A stretch of 64,000 bases of DNA from Candidatus Omnitrophica bacterium UBA6215 (GTDB taxonomy: Bacteria > Omnitrophota > Gorgyraeia > Pluralincolimonadales > Pluralincolimonadaceae), in NCBI GenBank assembly GCA_002421665.1, contig DISH01000004.1, forward strand, positions 381,900 to 445,899, in the 5' to 3' direction. A program made the position numbers and the translations under genes. The notes below the pieces were generated by a model that was given only the letters and a program-made list of their open reading frames with translations, did not search any database and was not told where the DNA came from. Positions 18,267-28,414 of the stretch are shown here, one piece after another. Positions within the stretch are counted from its first letter, which is position 1. Each line of letters begins with the position of its first letter.

Positions 18267-19486
18267 AGATAGTCAAGATATACGGTAAAGAATTCGAGAA
18301 ACTTTGCAACAGATATAACAACCGCAAGAAGAGGGTAACGGATAGCGTTTCTAAGATAGTTGAGGATGTAAGGCTCGATGGTGATGAAGCTCTCATAAAA
18401 TATACCAGGAAATTCGATAAGGTAAAACTTTCCCAGAGGCAGCTGCGCGTTACCGAGAGCGAGGCAAGCGGGGCTTTCCAGGATATAGACTCCGAGTTCA
18501 TCTCCGAGCTTAAGAATATAATTGATAATGTCACGAAGTTCTATAAGAAACAGGTCAGAAGCAAAAAATCCTGGAGGATTGTCGATGAAGACGGTGTCGT
18601 TCTCGGGGAGAAATATGAACCCATAGAAAGGGTAGGCATATACGTGCCTGCCGGTACCGCTCCTTTGGTATCCACGGTCTATATGACCGTGCTTCCGGCC
18701 AGGGTCGCGGGGGTAAAGTCCATAGTCCTGTGCACGCCCCCTAACAAGTTCCAAAGCGTCGATCCGTACATATTGGCCGTTGCGAACCTGTTGAAGGTCG
18801 ACGAGATATACAAGGTCGGCGGTGCCCAGGCTATCGCTGCACTTGCTTTCGGGACTAAGACCATCCCGAAGGTGGATAAGATAGTCGGTCCCGGCAACGA
18901 CTACGTGACGGAAGCCAAGAGACAGGTTTTCGGTTATGCGGATATCGACATGATAGCCGGTCCTTCGGAAGTCGTTATTATGGCGAACAGGTCCACTAAT
19001 CCGCTTTATGTCATCAAGGACCTTGAAGCGCAAAGCGAACACTATAAGGGCCTCTCAATACTTGTGACTACTTCCAAACCCCTGGCCAAGACCGTGAAGA
19101 AGGAGGTCTCCGGAGGCTATATTATACTCGTTAAGAATATGGAAGAAGCCTGCGATGTGGTGAACAAGCTTGCGCCCGAGCACTTGCAGATAATGGTCAA
19201 GAACCCGCAAACATGGTCCAAGAGGATCAATAACGCGGGAGCTATATTCCTGGGGCAGTATTCGCCCACCGCGATCGGTGATTATGTTGCAGGCCCGAGT
19301 CATGTGCTTCCGACAAGCGGTACGGCCCGTTTCTTTTCCGGGCTTGGCATAGAGGATTTCATGAAATCATCGCATATTGTCTCGTATTCAAAAAAGGCCC
19401 TGGAGAAGACCAGGAGGTCCATAGAGAAGATAACCAAGCTTGAGGGCCTCAACAAGCACATGGAATCGATCAAAGCGAGGTTTTAG
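18263..19486 (+). CDS. hisD: histidinol dehydrogenase
   Basis: HisD family length and motifs. Start overlaps the alaS stop (ATGA). Confidence 0.93.
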   Translation: MKIVKIYGKEFEKLCNRYNNRKKRVTDSVSKIVEDVRLDGDEALIKYTRKFDKVKLSQRQLRVTESEASGAFQDIDSEFISELKNIIDNVTKFYKKQVRSKKSWRIVDEDGVVLGEKYEPIERVGIYVPAGTAPLVSTVYMTVLPARVAGVKSIVLCTPPNKFQSVDPYILAVANLLKVDEIYKVGGAQAIAALAFGTKTIPKVDKIVGPGNDYVTEAKRQVFGYADIDMIAGPSEVVIMANRSTNPLYVIKDLEAQSEHYKGLSILVTTSKPLAKTVKKEVSGGYIILVKNMEEACDVVNKLAPEHLQIMVKNPQTWSKRINNAGAIFLGQYSPTAIGDYVAGPSHVLPTSGTARFFSGLGIEDFMKSSHIVSYSKKALEKTRRSIEKITKLEGLNKHMESIKARF

Positions 19487-20095
19487 ATGAAGAACAGGCT
19501 CGTAAGGCACAAGAGGAAGACTACCGAGACAAATATTTCGGTCGAGCTCAATATCGACGGGTCCGGCAAATTCCGTATTTATACCGGTATAGGTTTTCTT
19601 GACCATATGTTATCTCTTTTTGCCAGGCACGGTTGTTTCGACTTAAAGGTCATGGCCAAAGGCGACCTGGACGTGGATATCCATCATACCAACGAGGATG
19701 TCGGAATAGTTTTAGGCGAAGCATTTGCCAAGGCCCTTGGCGACAAGAAGGGTATACGCCGTTTCGGGTCCAGAGATATCGCGGTGCCTATGGAAGAGGC
19801 CTTGGCCCGCATAGCTTTGGATATAAGCGGAAGGCCGTCACTATATATGCGCTGTGCGGGTAAGCCTGTGCCTCCTACTCTGCTGGACAGGCAGGGTTAT
19901 AATTTATCAAGCGCCAAACAGTTCCTTGAAGCTTTCGTCAGGAACTCGGGGGTCAACCTTCATGTCGAATACCGCGGAGAAGACCTGCACCATGTACTTG
20001 AGGCGGTATTCAAGGGATTCGGAAGGGCATTATGCGATGCAACCAGGAGAGACCCCAGGATAAAAGGCGTTCCTTCCACAAAAGGGAGACTATGA
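19487..20095 (+). CDS. hisB: imidazoleglycerol-phosphate dehydratase
   Basis: RKTTETNISVELNIDGSG...GIGFLDHMLSLFARHG, the classic IGPD motifs. Confidence 0.95.
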   Translation: MKNRLVRHKRKTTETNISVELNIDGSGKFRIYTGIGFLDHMLSLFARHGCFDLKVMAKGDLDVDIHHTNEDVGIVLGEAFAKALGDKKGIRRFGSRDIAVPMEEALARIALDISGRPSLYMRCAGKPVPPTLLDRQGYNLSSAKQFLEAFVRNSGVNLHVEYRGEDLHHVLEAVFKGFGRALCDATRRDPRIKGVPSTKGRL

Positions 20096-20703
20096 AACAA
20101 AGTATAGCCGTTGTAGATTATGGCATGGGCAACCTGAGGAGCGCATCCAAGGCCTTGGAGGCCGTCGGGGCCAAGGTTCAGGTTTCCGGCAAGGCCCGGG
20201 ATATACTCAAGGCTGATAAACTGGTATTTCCCGGAGTAGGGGCTTTCAAAGATGCCATGGAAGAACTCAGGACGCGTAAACTTATAGACCCTATAAAAGA
20301 GTTCGTTTCTTCGGGAAGACCTTTTTTGGGGCTCTGCCTGGGGTTGCAATTGTTGTTTCCCAAAAGCGAAGAAGCAGGTTCATGCAGGGGCCTGAGTCTT
20401 ATCGAAGGGAAGGTCCTTAAATTCAAGCCCGGGAAATTAAAAGTACCCCACATGGGATGGAACCGGATTTATGCTATGAACGGTTGTCCTCTCTTTAAAG
20501 GTATACGCGATGGGGCATACGTTTATTTCGTCCACTCATACTATGCTTTACCTGAAGACAAGGGATTCGTAGCCGCTTACACCGATTATGGGGTTAAATT
20601 CGCATCGGCTATTTGGTCTGATAACATATACGCGACCCAGTTCCACCCTGAAAAGAGCCAGGAGTTGGGCCTGCAAATACTGAGGAATTTTTTGAAGATA
20701 TGA
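20092..20703 (+). CDS. hisH: imidazole glycerol phosphate synthase glutamine amidotransferase subunit HisH
   Basis: MKQSIAVVDYGMGNLRS start with a 4-nt ATGA overlap on hisB. Class-I GATase with catalytic Cys (GLCLGLQ) and His (HPEKS). Confidence 0.9.
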   Translation: MKQSIAVVDYGMGNLRSASKALEAVGAKVQVSGKARDILKADKLVFPGVGAFKDAMEELRTRKLIDPIKEFVSSGRPFLGLCLGLQLLFPKSEEAGSCRGLSLIEGKVLKFKPGKLKVPHMGWNRIYAMNGCPLFKGIRDGAYVYFVHSYYALPEDKGFVAAYTDYGVKFASAIWSDNIYATQFHPEKSQELGLQILRNFLKI

Positions 20704-21431
20704 TAGTGATACCTGCTGTTGACATAAGGGGCGGTAATGTCGTGAGGCTTTTTAGGGGGGATTTTTCCAGGGAGACCGTATATTCGGATAACCCCGTAAA
20801 GATGGCGCTCTGGTGGCAGAGCGAAGGCGCAAAACGGTTGCATGTAGTAGACCTGGACGGGGCGCTGGAGGGAAAGCTCAAGAACCTCAACTGGATAAGG
20901 AAAATAACGGCTTCACTGGATATTCCCATAGAAGTAGGGGGCGGCATAAGGACCGAGTCCGATCTGCAGACGGTGATAAAGGCCGGGGCTTCCTATGCGA
21001 TACTTGGGACAAAGGCCTGCGAGGACGAGGAATTCCTCAGAAAAGCGGTCGATAAGTACAAGGATAAGATAATCGTGAGCCTTGATGTAAGGGACGGGTT
21101 TCTCCAGACAAAGGGATGGGTAAACCCGACCGAGATAAAGGCAATAGACTTCGCTCAAAGGATAAAAACACTCGGTGTACAGACTGTCGAATATACCGAT
21201 ATCTCCCGCGACGGGACACTCCAAGGTCCGGGTTTCGGCAATATCCTCAAATTCCTGGGCGATGTAAAGATCGATATGATAGTTTCCGGCGGGATATCGA
21301 CCCTTGCCGACCTGAGGATACTTAGGGATTACAACAGGAAAGAGATAACTGGTGTAATAGTGGGCCGCGCCCTGTACGATAAGAAGATATTGATAAAGGA
21401 TGCCAACAAGATATGCTCGCAAAAAGGATAA
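20700..21431 (+). CDS. hisA: ProFAR isomerase HisA
   Basis: [17 protein letters not shown]...HVVDLDGA and a (beta-alpha)8 barrel. Confidence 0.93.
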   Translation: MIVIPAVDIRGGNVVRLFRGDFSRETVYSDNPVKMALWWQSEGAKRLHVVDLDGALEGKLKNLNWIRKITASLDIPIEVGGGIRTESDLQTVIKAGASYAILGTKACEDEEFLRKAVDKYKDKIIVSLDVRDGFLQTKGWVNPTEIKAIDFAQRIKTLGVQTVEYTDISRDGTLQGPGFGNILKFLGDVKIDMIVSGGISTLADLRILRDYNRKEITGVIVGRALYDKKILIKDANKICSQKG

Positions 21432-22168
21432 TACCCTGTCTGGATGTGAAGGACGGCAGGGTAGTAAAAGGAGTTAACTTCGTCAATCTGCGCGATGCGG
21501 GAGACCCTGTCGTCAACGCTTCTTTCTATGAAAGAGAGGGTGCCGACGAGCTCGTATTCCTGGATATCACGGCAAGTTATGAGGACAGGGACACGATGGT
21601 CAGCGTAGTGCGCAGAACGGCGGAACAGGTCTTTATGCCCCTGACTGTCGGCGGAGGCATAAGGAACATATCGGATATCAGGAACCTGCTTAACGCGGGT
21701 GCGGACAAGGTTTCGATCAATACGGCTGCCGTCAAGGATCCCGGGCTTATATCCGAATCATCCAGAAGGTTTGGCAGCCAATGCATAGTTGTTGCTATAG
21801 ATGCCAAGAGACGGGCCGGAGGCTGGGAAGTTTTTATCCACGGAGGCAGGACACCGACCGGAATAGATGCCGTAAAATGGGCAAGGCAGGCCGAAAGAAG
21901 GGGTGCAGGAGAGATACTGTTGACATCCATGGACAGGGATGGTACCAAGGCGGGTTATGACCTGCCTTTGACCAGGGAGATATCAATGAATGTCAGGGTA
22001 CCTGTTATTGCTTCGGGAGGGGCAGGGTCCCCTAAACACCTGCTGGACGGCCTGACCGAGGGAAAAGCGGATGCCGTTCTCGCGGCATCGATCTTCCACT
22101 TCAGGGAATATACCGTAAAGCAGATAAAGCGATACTTAAAGAGAAAGGGAGTAGCGGTAAGAATATGA
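21413..22168 (+). CDS. hisF: imidazole glycerol phosphate synthase cyclase subunit HisF
   Basis: [20 protein letters not shown]...[11 protein letters not shown]. Overlaps hisA by 19 nt. Confidence 0.95.
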   Translation: MLAKRIIPCLDVKDGRVVKGVNFVNLRDAGDPVVNASFYEREGADELVFLDITASYEDRDTMVSVVRRTAEQVFMPLTVGGGIRNISDIRNLLNAGADKVSINTAAVKDPGLISESSRRFGSQCIVVAIDAKRRAGGWEVFIHGGRTPTGIDAVKWARQAERRGAGEILLTSMDRDGTKAGYDLPLTREISMNVRVPVIASGGAGSPKHLLDGLTEGKADAVLAASIFHFREYTVKQIKRYLKRKGVAVRI

Positions 22169-22554
22169 ACAGATTCGTTAAAGGATTGAAATTTGACGAG
22201 AACGGGCTGATACCGGCGGTCATACAGGACGCAAAGAACAACGAAGTACTCATGGTCGCTTATATGAACGATGAAGCCGCGGAGAAGACATTAAAGACAA
22301 AGAAAGCTCATTTTTATTCCAGGTCAAGGAAGAAACTCTGGCTTAAAGGTGAGTCATCGGGGCATGTTCAGAGGGTAAAAGAGATACGTTTTGACTGCGA
22401 TGCCGATTGCCTGCTCGTAAAGGTCGACCAGGTCGGCGGCGCATGCCATACGGGTTACAGGTCATGTTTTTACAGAAAACTTAAGGACAATAAAGGCAGT
22501 ATTTGCATATCCGGAAAGAAAATGTTCGATCCGGATAAAGTCTATAAAAAATGA
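22165..22554 (+). CDS. hisI: phosphoribosyl-AMP cyclohydrolase (monofunctional HisI)
   Basis: GLIPAVIQD...[45 protein letters not shown]. No HisE-like C-terminal extension. Confidence 0.9.
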   Translation: MNRFVKGLKFDENGLIPAVIQDAKNNEVLMVAYMNDEAAEKTLKTKKAHFYSRSRKKLWLKGESSGHVQRVKEIRFDCDADCLLVKVDQVGGACHTGYRSCFYRKLKDNKGSICISGKKMFDPDKVYKK

Positions 22555-24029
22555 CAGATTATAAGCCGTCAAAAGATGAATTTATAAGGCTCTCGAGAAA
22601 AGGGAATCTTATTCCTGTTTTCAGGGAGATAACCGCCGACCTGGAGACGCCCGTTTCTGCCTTCATGAAGATAGATAGAGGCGGTTATTCGTTCCTGCTG
22701 GAGTCGGTCGAGGGAGGGGAAAAAATAGCGAGGTATTCTTTCCTGGGCTCGAACCCTTACCTTGTCTTCAAGAGCAAGGGGAGGAACGTCGAGATAACCG
22801 AGGGCGGTAAAAAGAAATGTTTCAAGACGGCCTCCGATCCCTTGGCCGAGATGAAAAAAGTAATGCAAAGATACAGATTTGTTCGTACCGGGGGTCTTCC
22901 TCGTTTTTGCGGAGGGCTTGTCGGTTTCATGGGATACGATATGGTGCGCTTTTTCGAAAACCTCCCGTCAAAGAACCCCGATAACCTTGGATTGCCGGAT
23001 TCCGTATTCCTGCTTACAGACACCATACTTATATTTGATCACGTCATGCATAAGATAAAAGTAGTTTCGAACGCTTTTGTCGATAATGATCCTTCCGGGG
23101 CCTATAATGAAGCCGTGAGGAAGATCGATGCCCTTATAAAGCTCATGAATGTTCCCCTGAAGGTAAAATATGCGGGGGACCGCCGCCCGGAACCAAAAGT
23201 TACATCGAATTTTACCAGGGAAGGTTTCATGGGCATAGTCAAGAAGGCGAAGAGTTATATCAGGATAGGTGACATAATCCAGGTAGTGCCTTCCCAGAGG
23301 TTTGCTACTGCAACCAGATGTAAGGGGATAGACCTTTACAGGTCCTTAAGAATGATCAACCCGTCGCCTTATATGTATTACCTTAAACTCGGCGATATGG
23401 CGCTTATAGGTGCTTCGCCGGAACTCATGGTAAGGTGCGAAGACAGCACCGTCGAGCTCAGACCTATCGCGGGTACACGCCCCAGAGGAAAGACGGAAGA
23501 AGAAGAAAGACGTTTGGAAAAGAACCTCCTCTCCAGTATCAAGGAAAGGGCCGAACATATAATGCTTGTCGACCTGGGCCGCAATGATATCGGGAGGGTT
23601 TGCAGGTACGGCAGCGTAAAGGTATCCGAACTTATGGTAATAGAGAAATATTCCCATGTCATGCATATAGTCAGCGAATGTACGGGAAAGCTCAAACAAA
23701 ACAAGGACATGTTCGACGTAATAAGGGCGACTTTCCCTGCCGGGACCGTTTCGGGTGCACCAAAGGTAAGGGCAATGGAGATCATAGATGAGCTCGAGAA
23801 TACCATGCGCGGCCCGTATGCAGGTCTTGTAGGCTACTTTAGCTTTTCGGGAAATACGGACACCTGTATCAATATCAGGACTATCGTCCTTAAAGGCGGT
23901 ATGGCATATGTGCAGGCAGGCGGCGGTGTTGTGGCTGATTCGGATCCCGCAAGGGAATACCAGGAAACGGTCAACAAGGCAAAGGCGACCATAAAAGCCA
24001 TCGAAGCCGCAGAGAGAGGTATCCTGTAA
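22551..24029 (+). CDS. trpE: anthranilate synthase component I
   Basis: Chorismate-binding enzyme motifs ([38 protein letters not shown]). Confidence 0.93.
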   Translation: MTDYKPSKDEFIRLSRKGNLIPVFREITADLETPVSAFMKIDRGGYSFLLESVEGGEKIARYSFLGSNPYLVFKSKGRNVEITEGGKKKCFKTASDPLAEMKKVMQRYRFVRTGGLPRFCGGLVGFMGYDMVRFFENLPSKNPDNLGLPDSVFLLTDTILIFDHVMHKIKVVSNAFVDNDPSGAYNEAVRKIDALIKLMNVPLKVKYAGDRRPEPKVTSNFTREGFMGIVKKAKSYIRIGDIIQVVPSQRFATATRCKGIDLYRSLRMINPSPYMYYLKLGDMALIGASPELMVRCEDSTVELRPIAGTRPRGKTEEEERRLEKNLLSSIKERAEHIMLVDLGRNDIGRVCRYGSVKVSELMVIEKYSHVMHIVSECTGKLKQNKDMFDVIRATFPAGTVSGAPKVRAMEIIDELENTMRGPYAGLVGYFSFSGNTDTCINIRTIVLKGGMAYVQAGGGVVADSDPAREYQETVNKAKATIKAIEAAERGIL

Positions 24030-24030
24030 T

Positions 24031-24600
24031 ATGATATTGATGATAGATAACTATGATTCTTTCACTTATAATCTCGTCCAGTACTTCGGGGAGATGGGCG
24101 CATCGCTGAAAGTCATCAGGAACGACAAGATATCGCTCAGGGAAATAGCGGGCATGAAACCGGATGGTATAGTGATCTCGCCCGGACCGGGGTTCCCTAA
24201 AGACGCGGGGATCTCGAACTCCGTTATAAAGGAATTTGCAGGAAAGATACCGTTGCTGGGAGTTTGTCTCGGACACCAATGCATAGGCGAAGTGTTCGGG
24301 GGCCGGGTGATCAAAGCAACACGGCCAATGCACGGGAAGACTTCAAAGATACATCACGACGGTAAAGGCATATTCAGGGGCCTGCCGAACCCTTTTGAGG
24401 CTATAAGGTACCATTCGCTTGTGGTCGAGCGCAAGTCCCTGCCGGAGTGCCTGGAAATAACCGCCCAGACCAAGGAAAAAGAGATAATGGGGCTCAAGCA
24501 CGGGAAATATCCGGTTTGGGGGGTGCAATTCCATCCGGAATCCATCCTTACGTCCGGCGGGAAGAAAATGCTGAAAAATTTTATGGAGCTTTCCCGATGA
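24031..24600 (+). CDS. trpG: anthranilate synthase component II (glutamine amidotransferase)
   Basis: [25 protein letters not shown] catalytic Cys, HPES. Confidence 0.9.
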   Translation: MILMIDNYDSFTYNLVQYFGEMGASLKVIRNDKISLREIAGMKPDGIVISPGPGFPKDAGISNSVIKEFAGKIPLLGVCLGHQCIGEVFGGRVIKATRPMHGKTSKIHHDGKGIFRGLPNPFEAIRYHSLVVERKSLPECLEITAQTKEKEIMGLKHGKYPVWGVQFHPESILTSGGKKMLKNFMELSR

Positions 24601-25607
24601 TAAGAGAGGCTATCTCCAAACTCGTCAGGTCTGAAGACCTTACAAAAAAAGAGATCGAATTGACCATGGACGAGATCATGACGGGCCAGGCCCTGCCTGC
24701 GCAGATCTCATCGTTCCTTACCGCCATGAGGATGAAAGGCGAGACCATAGACGAGATAGCCGGCGCGGCAGGAGTAATGAGGAAGTATGCGACATATATA
24801 AGGACAAGGCATCCATGCGTCCTTGATACCTGCGGTACGGGAGGGGACGAGTCCCAAACATTCAATGTATCTACCGTCGCAGCTTTTGTTGCAGCCGGGG
24901 CCGGAGTCGCGGTCGCGAAACACGGTAACAAATCGGTCTCGTCAAAATGCGGCAGCGCGGACCTTCTTAACGCCCTTGGTGTAAATATCGACGTAAGCGA
25001 ACATATGGTATCCAGATGTCTCGATGAACTTGGCATAGGTTTCCTTTTCGCGCCGGCATTACATAAGGCAATGCGATATGCCATAGGCCCGCGCAAGGAG
25101 ATAGGCATACGTACCATATTCAATATTTTGGGTCCCCTGACGAACCCTGCGAAGGCCTCTTACCAGCTGCTTGGGGTTTACGATCATAAGCTGACCGAAC
25201 CCATAGCGCGGGCTCTGGGTAAATTGGGTTCCAGGCACGCATTGGTAGTCCACGGCGAGGACGGTCTCGACGAGGTCACGACAACGGATATAACGCAGGT
25301 ATCGGAACTAAAGAATGGGAAGGTAAAGAATTACGAGATCTCCCCTAAGCATTTCGGCATAAAGAAAGCAAAACCTGCAGACTTAAAAGGAGGCGACGCC
25401 GCCTATAATGCAAAGCTGGCGATGTCAATCCTCGGAGGGGAAACAGGCCCCCAATACGATATAGTGATATTTAACGCCGGTTGCGCAATTTATGCCGCAG
25501 ACAGGGCGCAAAGCATAAAAGAAGGCATAGAACTGGCTGGAGAATCCGTCGAGTCCGGAGAAGCCTTGAAAAAACTCGAACAGCTCAAGGAGGTGACTAA
25601 CTCATGA
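24597..25607 (+). CDS. trpD: anthranilate phosphoribosyltransferase
   Basis: MIREAISKL start with an ATGA overlap on trpG. GTGGD motif, KHGN. Confidence 0.9.
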   Translation: MIREAISKLVRSEDLTKKEIELTMDEIMTGQALPAQISSFLTAMRMKGETIDEIAGAAGVMRKYATYIRTRHPCVLDTCGTGGDESQTFNVSTVAAFVAAGAGVAVAKHGNKSVSSKCGSADLLNALGVNIDVSEHMVSRCLDELGIGFLFAPALHKAMRYAIGPRKEIGIRTIFNILGPLTNPAKASYQLLGVYDHKLTEPIARALGKLGSRHALVVHGEDGLDEVTTTDITQVSELKNGKVKNYEISPKHFGIKKAKPADLKGGDAAYNAKLAMSILGGETGPQYDIVIFNAGCAIYAADRAQSIKEGIELAGESVESGEALKKLEQLKEVTNS

Positions 25608-26380
25608 TAACCCTCGATGAGATAATAGAACATAAAAAACATAAGTTGGAACGCTTACAGGAAACGCTTTCCCTGCCCGATATCGAAAAGAAAGCCTCAC
25701 CCGTAAAGAACAGGGGTTTTAAAGCCGCGATATCCCGCGGCAACAGGGTGAACTTGGTAGCTGAAATAAAAAAAGCTTCGCCCTCGCACGGCATAATAAG
25801 GCATGATTTTGACCCGGTAAGCATAGCCTCCGTATACAAGGAAAGCGGAGCAAGCGCCCTTTCCATCCTGACGGAGGATAAATATTTCCAGGGCAGCCTG
25901 GAGATACTCTCCAATGTAAGAGATGCGGTAAATCTTCCGGTAATGCGCAAAGACTTCATAATATCGGAATACCAGATATTCGAATCGGCCATTGCGGGCG
26001 CAGACGCGGTTCTCCTTATTGCTGCAGCACTGGACAGGGGTATGCTCAAAGCGCTTTTACATGAGGCATCTTCCCTGGGAATGGAGACCATGGTCGAAGT
26101 CCATGACGAACGCGACCTTGATAAGGCCCTCGGCGCAGGCGCAGGCATAATAGGTATAAACAACCGCAACCTAAGGACCATGGAAGTAGATTTGGCCGCT
26201 ACCATCGAACTTATTCCAAAAATCCCGGATGGTAAAATAACCGTGTCGGAAAGCGGCATAAGGGAGCCTGAGGATATCAGGACCTTGTCCCAATACGGGA
26301 TAAAAGCGGTCCTTGTGGGCACTGCGTTCATGGAGGCGAATGATATTGCCTCAGAGGTCAAACGGGTGATGGATTGGTAA
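25604..26380 (+). CDS. trpC: indole-3-glycerol phosphate synthase
   Basis: VAEIKKASPS.G.I, LSILTEDKYFQGS, NNRNL motifs. Confidence 0.93.
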   Translation: MITLDEIIEHKKHKLERLQETLSLPDIEKKASPVKNRGFKAAISRGNRVNLVAEIKKASPSHGIIRHDFDPVSIASVYKESGASALSILTEDKYFQGSLEILSNVRDAVNLPVMRKDFIISEYQIFESAIAGADAVLLIAAALDRGMLKALLHEASSLGMETMVEVHDERDLDKALGAGAGIIGINNRNLRTMEVDLAATIELIPKIPDGKITVSESGIREPEDIRTLSQYGIKAVLVGTAFMEANDIASEVKRVMDW

Positions 26381-27006
26381 GAGTAAAGATATGCGGGATC
26401 ACTAATCTTACCGACGCCCAAGCCGCGTGCAGGCTTGGGGCCGATGCTATCGGTTTTATATTTACGGAGAGTCCGAGGAGGGTGAACGCCGCAAAAGTAA
26501 GGGCTATATCGGCAAAACTCCCTCCTTATGTCACTACGGTCGGGGTATTCGCCGATGAAAAAATGTCTAATGTCTTAAGGATGGCAAAAAAATGCAGGCT
26601 CGACTGTCTCCAACTGCACGGAGATGAACCGCCGGACTATTGCAGGAAGCTTAAGAAGTATTATAAAATAATAAAAGTGATAAGGGTAAAAGATGCAGGG
26701 AGCATAAACGAGGCAAGGAGTACGGATGCCGATGCGTTCCTGCTTGATGCATATATTAGCGGGAAGAAAGGCGGCACAGGAACGGTTTTTGACTGGAAAT
26801 TGGTTTCCAGGGCTAAAAGATTGGGGAAGCCTGTCATATTATCGGGCGGTTTGAATCCCGGGAACATCCGGAAGGCCGTAAAGCGGTCAAGACCTTACGC
26901 CGTCGATGTCTCCAGCGGCGTGGAAACCCGGCCCGGAAAAAAAGATATAATGCTTATGGGTGATTTCATCAGGAAAGTAAGGTCGGACAACTCAGGAAAG
27001 GAATGA
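26374..27006 (+). CDS. trpF: phosphoribosylanthranilate isomerase
   Basis: MVRVKICGIT...ADAIGFIF...LLD...GGTG. Confidence 0.9.
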   Translation: MVRVKICGITNLTDAQAACRLGADAIGFIFTESPRRVNAAKVRAISAKLPPYVTTVGVFADEKMSNVLRMAKKCRLDCLQLHGDEPPDYCRKLKKYYKIIKVIRVKDAGSINEARSTDADAFLLDAYISGKKGGTGTVFDWKLVSRAKRLGKPVILSGGLNPGNIRKAVKRSRPYAVDVSSGVETRPGKKDIMLMGDFIRKVRSDNSGKE

Positions 27007-27009
27007 TAA

Positions 27010-27552
27010 ATGAGTTCGAATAAACGCATGCACCGTCGCCTGGCGCTTGACGTAGAAGTCAAGTGGCACAGGAAAAAGGACAAATCCTCAAGCAGCAAAG
27101 CTTACATGTTAAGAAGCAAGAATTTCGCTCAACACGGGCTGTTCCTGAAGACGGACAAGAAGTTCAGGATCGGGATGGATATGGACCTCGAATTCATCCT
27201 TCCGACCATATCCCACCCCGTCTGCGTATCGGGAAAAGTTGCATGGATCGCGGACAAGGACAGAAACCCTACATATTATCCGGGCATAGGAGTAAAATTC
27301 GTTAAAATTGACCCGGAAGACAAGAAAGAACTCATGAAATTCCTTAACCGTAAGTTCCGCAATTATAAAGACGCACAGGAGCTTAAAAAAATGTACCTGA
27401 CCCTTATAGATATGGGCGCAAGGCTTGTGGAACTCGGAGAAAGGCATCCCGGAGCCATCTATTTCAAGAAGGCGGTGGATAATTCGATAAAAGAGATCTC
27501 CGAGGTGGCCCACCTTATAGACAAGGAAGTATCCGAGATTAAGAACCTTTAG
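27010..27552 (+). CDS. PilZ domain-containing protein (putative c-di-GMP receptor)
   Basis: RxxxR motif (RMHRR) near the N-terminus, N-x-A-x-x-G at the second motif position, and G-I-G-V-K-F characteristic of the PilZ C-terminal strand. Starts 4 nt after the trpF stop. Confidence 0.55.
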   Translation: MSSNKRMHRRLALDVEVKWHRKKDKSSSSKAYMLRSKNFAQHGLFLKTDKKFRIGMDMDLEFILPTISHPVCVSGKVAWIADKDRNPTYYPGIGVKFVKIDPEDKKELMKFLNRKFRNYKDAQELKKMYLTLIDMGARLVELGERHPGAIYFKKAVDNSIKEISEVAHLIDKEVSEIKNL

Positions 27553-27561
27553 GAGGTTTTT

Positions 27562-28413
27562 TTGATGAATGTATTTAAGACCGTCCTGTTCCTGAGCCTC
27601 CTTACGCTGCTTCTTATTTTCGTCGGCGACATGATAGGAGGCAGGCAAGGCATGATAATTGCTTTTGCTTTGGCCTTGGTAATGAATTTTGCATCTTACT
27701 GGTTCTCCGATAAGATAGTCCTGGCTATGTACAGGGCGAAAGAGGTGAACAGGCAAGAGTACCCCAAGCTTGCCACGATAGTCTCAAACTTATCCACGAA
27801 AGCGGGTTTACCTTTACCCAGAATTTATATTATCCCTACGCAAGCTCCCAATGCCTTCGCAACGGGCAGGGATCCTTCCCACGCAGCAGTAGCAGTGACA
27901 TCGGGTATAATGGATATCCTTTCCGACGATGAACTCGAAGGGGTTATATCCCACGAACTTTCCCACGTCAGGAACAGGGATACGCTTGTAATGACGCTTG
28001 TCGCCACCATCGCCGGCGCCATATACATGCTTTCTAATATGGCCAGGTGGGCCATGATACTCGGGGGGAGGGATGACGACAGGGAAGGCGGGAACGTGTT
28101 TGGTATACTCATAATAGCGATACTTGCCCCTATCGTGGCGACCCTTATCCAGCTGGCCATATCGCGCTCGCGCGAATATATGGCGGATGAATCCGGCGCA
28201 GGCATCAGCGGCAGGCCTCTTTCGCTTGCCAGTGCCCTCAGGAAATTGCACCAATATTCAAAACAGGTCCCGATGAACGCTAACCCTACCACCGCGCACT
28301 TATTTATTGTCAACCCGCTTACGGGCGGGGGCCTGCTTTCCCTTTTCAGTACGCATCCTCCCGTAGAGCGCAGGATAGCGCGATTGGAAGAATTCGCTAT
28401 AAGACCGAAATAA
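27562..28413 (+). CDS. htpX: membrane zinc metalloprotease HtpX (peptidase M48)
   Basis: HELSHV zinc motif (HExxH), 4 TM helices and conserved HtpX C-terminus ([14 protein letters not shown]). Confidence 0.9.
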   Translation: MMNVFKTVLFLSLLTLLLIFVGDMIGGRQGMIIAFALALVMNFASYWFSDKIVLAMYRAKEVNRQEYPKLATIVSNLSTKAGLPLPRIYIIPTQAPNAFATGRDPSHAAVAVTSGIMDILSDDELEGVISHELSHVRNRDTLVMTLVATIAGAIYMLSNMARWAMILGGRDDDREGGNVFGILIIAILAPIVATLIQLAISRSREYMADESGAGISGRPLSLASALRKLHQYSKQVPMNANPTTAHLFIVNPLTGGGLLSLFSTHPPVERRIARLEEFAIRPK

Positions 28414-28414
28414 G

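Noticed and set aside
20032-20091. Long N-terminal extensions in the ORF track for hisH (20032), trpD (24447), ruvX (44488) and the phosphomutase (46261)
   Set aside because: In each case the conserved family N-terminus begins at an internal ATG. That ATG makes an ATGA/TAATG coupling junction with the upstream gene, and the extension overlaps the upstream gene.
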